Part shown: one piece after another, positions 1 through 14,477 of the stretch | How the letters are laid out: each line of letters starts with the position of its first letter | How positions within the stretch are numbered: the first letter of the stretch is position 1 | Notes under the pieces: generated by a model | What the model was told of the DNA's origin: nothing | The model's database searches: none | Seen by the model: the letters and a program-made list of their open reading frames with translations, nothing else | Position numbers and translations under genes: made by a program | Source of the DNA: Conidiobolus incongruus B7586 | Lineage: Eukaryota | NCBI GenBank assembly: GCA_000697335.1 | Contig: JNEM01010240.1 | Span: forward strand, 1 to 49,167 | DNA: 49,167 bases | Direction of reading: 5' to 3'

Positions 1-1996
1 AATTAAATTTATTATAAAGGGTAATTTTATTATTAACTAATATTTGATTAATTATTTTAAATATATTCTGTTGATTATATTTTCCTTAATAATATAAATT
101 ATATAAATTAATTATTTTTTCAAAATTTCTTTATTTTAATTATAAATGTTTTTCTATTATAGACTGTTATTATTTTAATAATTATAACTAACATTTTTTT
201 GTAGTTTTTATAGCTTGATTTATTATTTTAAAATTATATTTTGCTTTTGTATATTTTCTTAATAATTTTAATAAAATGGCAAATTATATATTTTTCTTTT
301 TTTATTATTTTTTTTATTTCTAAAGGTTTTATTTATAAAGAATTAATATAGATAAAAACTATTATTATTTTATTTTTTATTATTTAAAAAATTTAATTTT
401 TCATAATAAGATTAATTATATGATAACAAGGTTATAGGAGATATATTAGAGGTTTTAAAAACTAAATCATCTTATATTATAATAATATTAACTATTGTAA
501 TCAAAGGACCATTTTTATCATATTATTAACTTATTAAAATCTGCTCAGTAATTTTAAGTTTATATATAATAATTTTTTTATAATTAAAAATTTTATTAAA
601 TTTTTTTATTAATTTTAAATTATTTACTTCTTTTAAAATAGGGATAAGGTTATATATTTGAAAAAAAAACATTTAACTTATTAAAACACTAGGATTCATA
701 GATTTTTTTGCCTTAACAAACTAAATATAGTTTTTATTAAATTTAGTTTAAGGGAGCCTTTATTGTAGTTCCTAATATTAATAATAAATGATATAAAAGG
801 AAAAAACAAGATAAAATTTAAAAGTGGTGTTTTTATTAATAAATTTATATAATATTCAATATAAAATGAAAGATATTTAAATAATATATAATAAAATCAC
901 ACTATTAAAAAACGCAATAATATACTTTTAGTTTTATTTTCAAAATTTATGGGAGTAAACTAGTGGATTTTATAAAACAAAAAAATTGGTAAGCTATTTT
1001 TTTATAATCAATATTTTGGATTTTTTTGGCTAGATAATTAATTTTTTTCAAAACCAAAATTAGTTAAACAGAATATTAAAAAAATAGGACAGATTTAAGT
1101 TAGCCCAATAATTTTATTAAATAAAAGTTAAAAAGTTTTATATTATTTGTTTATTCAATACATTATTTTGAATAAAAAATTATAATAACAAAATCATAAT
1201 ATGAATAAATTTAATAAAAAATATTTTTAAATATTTATTAAAAAATATAATTACTAAATTTATAATATCTTATTTCACTTTTTGTTAAAATATGTATTCA
1301 AAAGGTGCTAAAAATTGTATCTTTTATCTAATATATCTTTAAATCCAATATATTTAATTTAAAACATATATGAAACTCAAATGACTAAATATATGGAAAG
1401 ATAATGATTAATATAAGGAAATAGGTATTTAATCTGTTTAATTTTATTTCTATTGATGTGCTGTAAATTATATATTAAAAGAAAAAAGAATCGTAATATA
1501 ATCATTATGATTTTACAATATATATATTGAATAAAATTACAGTTGTGAGTTAACATAATGATTTTTATATTATGCTTGATAAGTTGAGTATTTTAGAAAG
1601 TTTATCACTAATATACTGATTACCAAAATATAGAAAATAAAATATTTAAAATATCATTCATTAGAAATATGAATTTCAAATGAAAAAAGTTATGAAATCA
1701 TTAAGTAACCTCATTATAAATATTACAAATGAGTAAAAATTTTTAATGATAATTTTAAGAATGATGTGCGCTATTATTTACACATTTTTGAATTGAATTC
1801 ATTTAGTTAAATGAAAATTTCAAGTTAGAAAATTAAGTATTTATAAATATATATATAGATAAGCTTTTAATTAAAAATATTGATACTAAATCTAGTGTAA
1901 CTATATAATATATAGCAAATATAAAAATCAAAAAAGCAGTCAAACTAATGTGATACTATTTACTCATATTCAAATCATACAACTAATATCATTTGA

Positions 1997-3124
1997 TCAA
2001 CCTCTGAAATTTGGAGCTGGAGTGGGTTTAGATTGGAAGATTTCGTCGATTTCTTGAAGGATCTCAGGGGTTAATTTATCTACAACTTCGAGAGACTGTA
2101 AATTGTCCTCAAGTTGTTCAAGCTTAGAAGCACCTGTGATGACAGTTGATACATTGGGATTCTTAATGCACCAAGCGATAGATAATTGAGCAAGAGTACA
2201 GCCCAACTTCTGAGCAACTGGAGCTAGTTTACGAGCTTTTTCTACTTTTTCTCTTCCTTCAGGAGAATTAAATATGTCAACAAACCTTTTGTCACTTCCC
2301 CCTTTAATATCAAAACGACTTCCTTCAGGGATACCATCATTATACTTTCCAGTCAAGACACCAAATGCAAGAGGACTCCAGGTGGTGGTACCTAATCCAA
2401 AATTTTCAAAAATGGGAAGGTATTCTTTTTCAAGTTTATCCCTTGCAAATAAATTATACTCAGCTTGTTCCATAACAGGTCCCTCCAAGCCTAATCTTTG
2501 AGCGACAGTATGAGCTTCAGTAATCTGCTGAGCACTCCATTCGCTAGTTCCCCAATACAAAGCCTTGCCTTGGTTGATCAAGAAGTTAAAACCACGAACG
2601 ATTTCTTCCATAGGCACCTCTGGATCTGGACGATGGGCAAAGATCAAATCAACATAATCCAACTGGAGACGGTTTAAACTGGCATTGAGACCTTCAATTA
2701 AGTGCTTTTTAGACAAACCAGTAGCATTAGGACCCCAACCTCCAGTACCAAAGAAAATCTTAGTAGAAATGACTAAATCTTCACGTTTGAACCCATTGTT
2801 CTTGATAGCTTTACCCATTACAATTTCACTAAGGCCATTAGTATAATACTCTGCGGTATCAAAAAAATTGATACCCTTATCAAAGGCCATTTTCATTAAT
2901 TTATCAAAAAGATCTACCACAAATGATATTAATTTCCATTCTAATTACTATTAGTACTGAATAATTCACCTTGATCAACAGGCTCTTTAACCAAAATCCT
3001 ATATTAAGTTTAAAATGATTAACTAGTTGATAAATTGTTCAAATAAAGATTACCATCCGCCAAAGGAAAGGAGAGAAACCTTGAGACCACTACGTCCCAA
3101 TCTGCGATATGGCATTTGAGTCAT
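1997..3124 (-). CDS. AKR locus A: Kv-beta-like (AKR6-type) aldo-keto reductase, 338 aa; exons 3124-3054, 2998-2970, 2913-1997
   Basis: Exon 1 reads MTQMPYRRLGRSGLKVSLLSFGGW. The GT-AG introns are 55 and 56 nt and the spliced CDS is 1017 nt in frame. AKR catalytic D-x4-Y (DTAEYY), K (STK) and H (AHRPD) are present, plus Kv-beta-family motifs YWGTSEWSAQQI and TWSPLA. Confidence 0.93.
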
Positions 3125-4561
3125 TTTTCGATTATTTTATTCAATTATAATTCACTACTAATATCACATTACATAACACTACTCATTCTCCTATTTATAT
3201 TGAAATTAGATTTAAATTCAATGTAATTTATAGTTATTGAGGGATCGAAAATCTATTACTAATTCATTCTTAATTACATTAAATAAACATATTATAGTAT
3301 ATAATTAAATATTTATAAAAAATTTTTAATTTAATACTTTTATAATTAATCAATAAATACTTATTTACTAAAACGTACATATATTATTAATGTCATTGAA
3401 AATTATTATAAATTAGCTCCAAATAATGAATAAAATTTATTGATGAATTAAATAATAGTATATTCGAATCACACTATTTGTAAATTAGATATATTAAGAA
3501 TGTGACTATTATAGTCATAGTGCTCCAATTAAAAAATTCCATATGATAAGGATAGCAAGTGATTTAGTTAACTGAAAATTCTCATTTTATAAAAAGGAAG
3601 AAAATTGAAATAAGAGTTTTCTCTTTGGTTTACACATAATGATAATTGATATTAATCTTAAATCTATTTATTTAAGTTGACTTCAAATGATGTATATTCT
3701 AATATCAACTTTCACCATACCAAAACCTTTGAAACTGTTAATAGTGGAAGTTTACAAGTTATATGAAAAAAACTATTATATTTTTGAAATATAAAACTGT
3801 ATATAATGTGCCGTTCTTTAGGATTATTTCAAATATACTTGAAAAAATTCAATCTTACAAATTAACTCTTAAATATTAAATTTACAACTCAATCGAGGTA
3901 ATTTAGAACATCACAGATAAAATTGCATTAGAAATACTGATATAATGTAATATTTTAATTATTTTTAAATGATATACAATTAAATATATTTTCATTGATA
4001 TATAAAATACATGTTTATAAAATACTTTTTTTCAATTCAATTATACCAACATGGTAAATACAAATACAAGAGAAGGATGAACCTAGCTGGGAAATCCTAT
4101 ACTCTCTCTAGATACACGCATTTACCACCACACCATCTTGTCTAAAAATAATGGATTATAATAAGTTTCGAACATTCTATAATGAGTATATTCTAATAAA
4201 TATACTATCTGATTTACTTCAAAAATGATATAAATATTAACTAAAATTAAAAATATTTTAATATTTGAATAAACTTATATTATCATACAAATTTTGCATT
4301 TTTATTTTGTAATTTTCTTGGAGTTTAATTCAATCATGTTTTCCCATTTTTCAATTAATTTCATTTATACCTTTTACTATTTTATTATTAATAGTGAAAA
4401 GTACTAATTTGATTAATATTAAAATTATGAATTAAAAATTAATAATTTATAGTTGTATATTTATTATTTTAAATATTAATTTGATTTTTATTATTAGTGA
4501 ACCTGATATTCTTATTGATAATATATATTATTATATATAATTGAGTATTTTTCAAATTAAA

Positions 4562-5858
4562 TATTACCATAGAATTAAAAAAATGGGAAATTATTTAATT
4601 TCTGATTTTTCAAATATATTATTAATTTCAAATAAAAAAATATATACAAAACAAATAAAAAAAATAAATAGTTTTGAATTATATATATATAATAATTTTT
4701 TTGATTAAAAAGATAATTTTTCAAAATTGGTTGTTTAACATAATTATATTTTAATTAAATAATAAATATTAAAAGTTTTTTATTTTAGTATTAGTAAAAC
4801 TTAACTATAAACCCTTTAAAATCATTTAAAATTTAAAACTAACTTTTAATAATAAAATATTATCTAAATTAACAATTTATTACTAAGTAAACTATTTTAA
4901 GGTTAAGAAAAAAATTACCTAAAATTTATTAAAATTTAAAAAATTAATTTTAACTATTATTTTTTCAATTGTTAATAAAAAAAATTTATTGAAAAACATT
5001 TTTTTATTTCAGTTAAACAATTATCAAGATATTTTAATATTAGTTGCAAAAATATTATATATATATTAAATTTTAAATTAAAATTAATTAATAAAAATAT
5101 AAAATAAATACTTTATAATTTAACTAAAGCTTAAAAAAAGTTAAAATAGTTATTATTAAATAAAATTTACTAAAGTATAGTTAAAAATTAATATTTTTAT
5201 AATAAATTATAATAATTAATATTTTAAATTTTTTTACAATCTTTTATTAAAATATAAATCAAAGTATTAAATTATATTAAGTTAACCTTTTTTATTAATT
5301 CTTTTAAATAAACATTTTATTGATAAATGAATGTTAGTTATTATAATAGACCATATTAACATATGTTATATTTATTTAGTTCTTAAAAGAAAATTAATTA
5401 ATAGTAAACTTTATAATTTTTTAAATTAAATTTTTTTAATTGGTATTTTTAATTTAATTTGAAAAAACCTATTATTTTAAATAATAATTATAAAATATAT
5501 AAATATAAAGTTGTAAAAAACTTTCTAATCAAAAATAACTAGAAAAAACTACTATATCTAATATATTCTTCATATTATTACTTATATAATTATAATTATT
5601 TTAAGTAATTCAAAAACAGCTTATAAAAAAAATTCTAAAAGAAAATTTAATTAGATTATAAAACATCAAATTTTAGTCTTTAATAAAAAGAATTAATTTT
5701 TAAGTGTTAGATCTTTATTAAAAATATAGCAAAAAGTTATTAGAAATAAAAGAAACTATTAATTTTATAATATTTATTTATTTTTACTTTTTATATATTA
5801 AAATGTTTATTTTTTTTCAATCACAAAAAATTCCCATTATTTAAATTACAAAATAATA
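4562..5858 (+). mobile_element. Hypermutated mariner (DD34D) transposon relic, copy 1
   Basis: 5102-5146 reads K*ILYNLTKA*KKLK (reverts to KWVPHNLTEAQKKLR). 5468-5590 is the ILHDN...WEELPHPxYSP...DY region, with 34 residues between the second and third D positions. The C-terminus near 5715-5762 reads LLKI*QKVIRNKRNY* (mariner LPERWQKVIxxxGxY*). Degenerate ~31-bp TIRs (TATTA...AATGGGAA) have TA ends, and the length is 1297 bp. Confidence 0.85.
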
Positions 5859-6174
5859 GATTAATTCACACTTAAAGAATGATTTACAATTCTATTGGAA
5901 TTGAAAGTTATTCTAACTCCTGTTTTGTCATTGAAATTTGATTTTGAATTTTAGACTTGGCTGGATGCAAACAGTGATATACAAAAGTTTATTTTAAAAG
6001 TCATCAATTACCAGTATAATTTTATGAGCATGTATAAATACATTAGTAATTTTATCCAGAATGCCATATCTGAATAATTGAAATGTATGTCATGAATTGT
6101 GGATTTTATAAATAGTCGATTTACAATATTAATCAAAACATGATTTTTTAAATCAAAATCAGATGAATAAAAAC

Positions 6175-7250
6175 TACAAAATCATTAATCGTGAATAAAC
6201 CTAGTGATTTGAGAGGGTTTGTCATTTGATGATGTACAATTTTTATATTAATCCTTGAATTAAGCAATATTACATCACTAATCTATCTCATTGCTTTATG
6301 AACTCATTCTCAAATACTCTGAGCATCAAAGTTATAGAATATGTTATATTGTAAAAATTTTTAATCTTGACTCTAAATTCTTAAATAAATTGTTGAAATC
6401 CTGATTTGGGAATAGAATCAATTTTTCCATAATAAAGGTTTACTCAAATTTGCAAATACAATCAACATGGGTCAAGCTTTAGGGATCATGATTTTATATG
6501 TGATATCATTTCTATAGCTAAGGTTCTCTTCATTGTCCGAATATGGAGCTCCAATGCTATCGATTGAACTAGCAAGCATTTGATTAAAGAAATTAATCCA
6601 AGCTTAGCGAGTGTTTAGACAGATTATTTCCATTTGATCTGAACATCTTTCTGATGCAAAAGTACCGAGATAAGAAATCGTTCGTGGATTTATTTTTTTG
6701 ATCATTCTATGTAAAGCTTTGTGCTAAATTACTATTGAATATAGCGCTTAGAAAGTCAATAAAGCTCATAATACTGTTCAAAGTTTTGATTTTGAAGGAC
6801 AAATTACACATTAGCTTGAGTAAGGTTTGTTTGTAAAACTTAAAGGATTTATTCCAAATTTGAAAATTTTATCATGAGGGTACTATCTGAGATCTTCTTG
6901 ATACTGATATTTTAGTCTGAAGTTATGAATATGGTATTGCTAAAGAATAAGCTTTAGGGACAATCAATCCTGAGGAAAACTATAAGGTGGAAAATTTAAT
7001 ATTCAATAAGTGAAAACTCTGGTCAAAAAGGTATGTAAAGCAACAAGTATTTATGACAAATAACCCTATACTATTACTCAGCTTTACTTTTGTGAAATTA
7101 GGATCCTAATTTATCAATTTTTGTCACCATTATATTCAAGGTAGAACATATTTTAAATAAAGTGCCTTGAAAATTAAAATCTAATCCATGACACTTTTGA
7201 GAAAATTGAAAAAATCTAGAATAGTAAGATTATCCCAGATTAAGGTAATA
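6175..7250 (+). pseudogene. AKR locus B: heavily decayed AKR pseudogene (absent from the ORF track)
   Basis: Collinear remnants include MGQAL (~6467), W..NA....SKHLI...N.SL.....DY..LI (~6544-6640) and EIVRGFIFLI..KAL...EYSA....AH...Q....EG (~6673-6800). There are many stops and indels, and the ends are approximate. Confidence 0.85.
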
Positions 7251-10200
7251 GATAATTATAAGATATTTTGATAGATCAGATGCTTAACTTTTTTCATTTA
7301 TACCATTAAATATATAATTGTTATTAAATTAAACTATTTTTTATTAAGAAATATATTGAAATAATATAATTTTTCATTATACATTTATATTAATTTATTT
7401 TAATAATATATAAACTCAAAAATATAAATCTATTAAAATAAAAATAATACTATATTATAAACTTTTAATTATTGATCAAATATATTCAAACCAATATATA
7501 CCTTAATAAATATATAAAATTTAATCTAAAATTTTGATTTGATCATAAATATTGAACTTATCTTTCAATATATATGAATAACCTTAGATAATATATCAAA
7601 CTTTTCTTTTATACCAATTGCCTTAAAAATTATATATTGATTATATATTATCATTTAAAACTTTAATATAGTAATATAAAATTTATAATATTTAATTGAT
7701 TTATATTGAATTAGCTAACTATTATTAATATCTTAATTTATAATTATTTAGAAAAATAATATTATACACTTTAAAATTTATAGGTCAACTCAATTTATTT
7801 AAATAATACAATGGTTTAGATCATGAATTTAAGAGAATTGAGAATAAACTGACAATTATAGCTACTGGAGGAAATAGGTTTTAAGAGCTTAAATAGGGAA
7901 TCATCAGTGATAAGCAATAGGTTATCATAAAACTAGGAGTAATTAATTAGGTTCACTAAACTAGGTGAAATTCTTTTAATATGAATTGGGTTGTTTAAAT
8001 AAAGTAAATTTTTAACACTTGTTATAACTCAATAATTTTGTAAATATTACTAGGGAAACTTAGAGACTAGTTACTTTTGAAATAAAGATAAAAAGATATG
8101 TTTATTAGTTTATTTATGATAATCTTATATTAATTTCCATTCTTGATTTTTGTGGTTATAAATAACTTACCAGCAAAAAGTGATAGGTATAACCAGTTCA
8201 TGAAATAAGGTACCTCCAATGTGATTTCTTGAATTAGTATGGTAATTGGAGTTTCTTGAGTAATGGACAAGATTATTTATTATCAAAAACTTTAATAATA
8301 GTCATAATTTAATTTCTATAATTAAATAACTTAAATATTATGAATTTAAAAAATTCAATTTATAATTAATATTTTGAAATATAAAGGAGTTATATTATTT
8401 TTTTATAATATAAATATTTAATAGAATTAAAAAAGCTTTTATTATAAAGTATCCAAATATTATTAAATATTGTTTATTTTTATTTCATATTTAATTTTTT
8501 TTACTTTGCATTTGCTTATGTAATTTTGCTTTATACTTATTACTATAATTATAATATTTTTCTATATAATTAAAATATCAATATAGATCAGATATTTTAT
8601 TAGTTAAATACAAGAAAATTTAATATTAATTGTATTAGATATATTATATAAATAGTGACTCATCAATATACTAATAAATAAAATATTGAAATCAATATTT
8701 TGAATTCACAATATACAAAGATATAGCTTAATTAACAAATGGTATTATTCAATAGAATAGCTCATTAAAGTTTCTCTTATTTTCTTATAAAAGATTTTTT
8801 GATTAATTTTTAATAAACAAATTTATTACAATGAATGATAAATCATGATATTTTTAAGTACAATTATGAAAATATACATATATACCTAGTATTTCAATTT
8901 CTTAGTTTAATATTCAATTTTATTGTATATAAAACATTAAACAAATTAGATGGAATTCAATCGTTTTAAATTATATCAATTTTCAATTCAAATAAATCAA
9001 TTATAATTTATTGACATAGGACTTTCATATCTACATGGTAATATTAAACAATATAATTAATAAAATGTATTTTGAAATGACTTGTTATAATAAGTCTTAT
9101 AAGTAGAATCAATTAAGATATATATTCTTTATGAATTTTTAGAATTCATAATTTGAATTTAGCATTAAATCTATATATAATTGATTTAAATATATTGAAT
9201 CAAATTTATGAAAAATATTTGATAGGTATATTAAAAGAGAAATCAAGCAATAAATATTTTGAGATTTATAAAATAGTCTATTATATATGAAAATAATCTA
9301 CTATCTTCTATTTTGTTTTCCTATTATCAAAATTTTCAACAAGTTATATTCCTTCAAACATAATGATAGATTTTGTTATATGATTATATCAAATAATAAA
9401 ATAAATTACCAAGATTATTCAATTCAGAGATTATGGTTGAAGTATATATAAATGATTCTAGAATAATTAACATATATGGTTTTAGCTGATTGAAATTAAA
9501 TCATATATTTTTTAAAGTTTGAAAATCGGTGATACTTATTATGTGAGACAGACTTTAGTCTGTTTTTATAGATTCATGCATGATAAAGGGAATAATATAA
9601 AAACTATTCTCGTTCATACAAAATTGGGCTGAGAATTAGAAACCATGAAAATCATTAAGCTTACAGTACCTACCATTTTTCAATTCAAACTAGTAACATT
9701 CAATTTCCTATATGAGGAGAAAAAATGCATAATTGGTAACATTAGTAAGTTTTCTTTGTTAATTAAGGAGTAGGTTGATCTAATATGTATTTGAAAAACA
9801 CTCGTCATAACCTACACCAATTTTAAATATAATTCCAAAAAATGTAAAATTAATAATGATTAAAATGAATAAGATTTCTAATATACACATTATAGCTACT
9901 CAATGTAATCCAAGTTGACAAATTTTATAAATTTTGAAAATCAAATTTTTGAATTGCGAAAATCCCAATATATAATATGTTTAATAATTCTTTATCCAGA
10001 TTTCATCACATTGAACTTCATATATAACTCAACCTTAATATTATGTCTGTTAAACTTGTCTGCAAATTTATCAATCAATAATGATTATTTATATATCTCC
10101 AAAGAACTAAACTTATTAAATAACGAACAATCTATGAGCAGTAATGTATAAAAGTATCAAAATATAAGCTATAACTCAGATTATGAAATCCCTAGTATGA

Positions 10201-10914
10201 GTTCAAAAAATAATACTCTTATAAATTTATATTAATTCGATAGTTTTAAAATTTAAATGATTTGCATAAATTGATTGATAAATGTAAATATTCAAACAAT
10301 TAAATAATATCAATACTAAGTAATGTAGAACTATTATAAATTAAGTATTGTTTGTTTCTTTCAATATATATATTTTAAATCAAATCATAGATCGAAATTA
10401 TAGTTATACATTCAACCCTACTTAATTTATTCAATATTTTCATCAAATAGTAAATAACATTAGTAAAATTATGAGAATGAATTCAAATATAAAATTTACT
10501 ATTTTACAAAATGTAATGGAATTAAAAAAATAATGAGATAAATTAAATTTATTTGAATTTTAACAATTAAAGATTAGTATAATTTAAACAAAAATAATTA
10601 TATGACACTACACTTTCAATAGTAGTGTTTAATCATACATAAACAACTCATTGTTATCTATGTATCTAAAAAATTAACAAAATGAATTCATAATATCATT
10701 CTTTCAAATTTTTTTAATTAATAATCAATCAAAATGAGTATTTATTAATCATTTTAAGATAAACTAAAAACAAACTATCCTTTACTATATTTGTAATTTC
10801 AACTTGATTTCATTATTTGAAAAAATTGAAATGATCTTTTAATTCATGTGGAAAAAATTTATACAAACTGATGCCATCAATACACTAATTCAAGAATTGA
10901 TTAAAATAGAAATC

Positions 10915-12034
10915 TAAATTAAGATTATTTGTTGCAGATTAGGACGCAATGGTCTAAAAGTATCTGTGCTTTCCCTCCTTAGATGGTAAATATATATATA
11001 TTTTCGATCATCATCTCATTGGGTTAATCATTTTTGAAGTTTTTAGTGTGTGCGTTGGTGGGATCATTGATTAAGATAATGTTCATTATGTGAAAAAATA
11101 ATAATAAAGCAGAACTAATCTTCTAAATTTTGTACTGATAAATTAATGAAAATTGCTTATCAAAGTGTTGTCAACTTCTTTTGCAAGTTGAATCATATGA
11201 TCAGGGTTATAATAAAACTATTATGAGCCAATACACAAGGATAATAGTTTCAAGGTTAAAAGCATCGTTGTTACAACCAAGATCTTCTTTGGTACTTGGG
11301 GTTGAAGTTCTAGTGTGAAGAGAATATTGAAGAAGCTCTGATCGAAAGAACATATGCTAGTTTGAAAAGCCTTCAATTGGTTTATGTCAATTTTATCTTT
11401 TCTCATCAACCTGATTCAGAAATGTTTATGGAGAAAATTGTTCGTGATTTTAGCTATTTAATCAAGACAAAGTCTTTTAAGCGGGAAATAATCAATGTAA
11501 TACCCAGTAGATTACTGAAGCTCATTCAGTTGCCTAGGAGTTTAGCTTTGAAGATCCTATCGTTGAATATCTCCAATATAATTAATTGGAATTGGAGAAA
11601 ATTTAAAAAGGATGAATTCCTGTTTTAAAAATTACGGCCTAGAGGCTACTATTTGGAGTTTTCTTGCTTCTGGTGCCTGAGTAAGAAAGTATAATGGCGA
11701 TATTGCTCAAGGTAGCCAACTTGGTGCTAAGAAGGAAATTGCTAAAATCGTCGCTGACCATGTAAAATTATCTTAATGACAAGCCAAAATTGAAAAGATC
11801 TGTAAATTTTTTGCTTTTTCTAAGTTGGGCTGCATTCCTACTCAATTATCTATTTATTGATTTGCCGAAAGCCCCAAAATCTCTAATGTGATCACTAGAG
11901 CCTCTAAAGTTGAGCAACTTGAAAACAACTTGAACGTTCTTGAAACTGTTCAAAAGCTGACTCCCAAAATATTTAAAGAAATTGAAAAAGTCTTTCAAAC
12001 TAAGGCCGCTTCCGTTCCAAATTTGAGAGGATAA
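10915..12034 (+). pseudogene. AKR locus C: decayed AKR pseudogene
   Basis: The exon-1 remnant RLGRNGLKVSVLS...W is followed by a GT donor, and the start ATG is lost. TKIFFGT, FIFSHQPDSEMFMEKIVRDF and terminal PNLRG-TAA (12017-12034) remain, with multiple stops and frameshifts. Confidence 0.9.
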
Positions 12035-14477
12035 TAATAGCGCGATGCATTAAATTATAAATATGTTGTTTTTATAAAAACAATAATATTGTAATTAATT
12101 CATAATAAATATATAATATCATCGCTAATGATTAATAAGGAATAGATATTCAGTTTTTTCTTTAGATACTTTAAATATAGTATCATTTAAAAAATAAAAT
12201 AAATATTGATCGCTATTTTAAATTAAAAATCAATACCCTTTTGTAATAAAGGTTTGACAATAATCGCATATGTATATGATTATTTAACAATATTATTCAT
12301 TTTATCAATAATGATGTGAAAACAATAAGTTGGAGGCACTTTGAACTTATTTAAAAAATAATAGCTTACAATGCCCTTAAAAATTCTTGTATATTTCAAT
12401 ATATCTCAAACTAATAAGGTTTTCATAAATCTTAATCATTATTAATATAGATTAAATATATGTTAGGTTTCTTGATTTCATATAGAAAAAAAATAGCAGA
12501 TCGAATATGATTTCTGATGCTTGCATCTACATTCCAGATATAATTTCATAATATACATTAATATACTCTGTTCAACTCGATTTTTTCAAAATTGAAAAAC
12601 ATTCTTTAACTCAAATAAAAATTTACATAATAGATTTTCAACCTAATTACATTAGTGGTCTATATTAATTTATACAATATAATATATCGATCACTATATG
12701 AGATATTTTAACTTATTTTTGAGAAATAGTGATATACATAATTGAAACAGTATGTCAAGTTCCCAAACTTTAATGTGTTATTGTAAATATTCATTTTTCA
12801 GTTTAATAAAATTTTATTTAGCGCTTTAAAAAATAAAATTAGTGATTAATAGAAATTGAATAATTATTGATGATCTATTGTTATTTTTCAATTTGATAAT
12901 TTGATAAATTTAACATCGTATACATTGTATCAAATAATAATTATTTTGTGGAAATGTTATAATACACTATTCTATATTTGATTTTTCCTTATTACTATAT
13001 AGTTATTATTTCCTCACTTGACATTTTCGAAAAACAATTAAAATGATATTTAATATTAAAATTAAAATATTTACAGATTATTAATTTGCCTAAATGAGTA
13101 TCCTTTAATATTACTAAATTTTATCAAAATGTTCAAATGTTTCACAAAAATTACATAATAAGAAAAATTTAAAATATTGATTATTAATACATGAGACTAG
13201 TTTTCAAAAAAAATAATCGATGTCTTTTAAAAATAACAGTGTTGAATAATCTTTAAGTTACATTTGGCTTATTGAGGACATTAAGAATTCATGTTTACCT
13301 TTTATATCCAAAATTCGCATATGTAATTTTTTTCGGTGCAAGGTATTCTTTTAATGGTTAATTTATTTAACCCAGTAAATTCAAAAATATTTATTTTATT
13401 ATTAATCAATATAGAGCATCAAGTAATTGCTATCCAATCCTATATGTAAAATGCCACTTTACTAGTTGACTTCAGAATAAACTAATTTATACAATGATCG
13501 ATTACAATGATTCAGCCCAATTTGCATGAAAATGGATCTATTCAATCGATCTAATATATACCAAGAATTTTGTTCATCCATTTATAATGAATTCAAGTTG
13601 GACTCCTAAATTGTAATTTGAGCTTAAGTTTCATTTATAAATTTCTTAAAGAATTTGTTAATCAAAAAATGATTTGAAATTAATATAAAATTTATTTCAA
13701 CATCACTTTTCAATGTGACTATACAAATTATTCACTCTATCCATTATTATTGAATATTAACCAGATAGTAATGACTATTTTGACTTCAATCAATTTCAAT
13801 TTACATATTATATATTATCAAAAATATTTAATCCGATAGTTGATAAAATTTCTATACAAACTAATTCAAATTATCATTCAACAATATTAAAACATTATTG
13901 GCTTTGTGTAGTTACCAAGCCGTATTTATTTTGAGAGTATCTAATTCTGAAAAATTTAAAAATCCTAAATATTATAAACTGATTAGTAATATATTTAAAC
14001 TTATGATACAACTTGTAATACTCTTGAATTTATATTATTAAATAATAAATGATCAATAATTTTCATTGTATGTTAATTAGATTATATGATTATATCAAAT
14101 TGTTTTATTAAAATTGAATATGAAAATCCAAATATAATTATAATATTGTGTAATCATCAAAATTGACATCATCGGATATTATTAAAAATATTATAAGATA
14201 AAATTATGAATAAAACATGTTTAAATATTTGAAAAATATGGCTTATTATATATTCATTATATATTTTATGATAATTAATCGAATGAACGATTAGTTAAAT
14301 CATTTTAATAGCCTAAGTATTATAGCTGAATTCTATTAGTTAATGATTTCAGAGCATATTCATCTTGAATTGTTGTCAATATCTAGCTAATACTAATTTA
14401 GTATTTAAGTTTTGTTTGGCTAAATGGGCATAAAATTTTTAGCAATCAAATAAATATTTTATATCTCAAAAGATTAA

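Noticed and set aside
2274..2501. Antisense or alternative-frame ORFs over AKR, BCAT and dioxygenase genes (also 15316, 17992, 18362, 18599, 24176, 25592, 25677, 32074, 36146, 38073, 38644, 38648, 46855, 46863)
   Set aside because: These are shadows of real coding sequence. The recurring AKR ones reflect paralogy of the sense genes.
9915..10151. Short I/N/L/F/K-rich track ORFs (also 16370, 18938, 20077, 39510, 46171)
   Set aside because: Composition is as expected for random AT-rich DNA, several use non-ATG starts, and no motifs are present.
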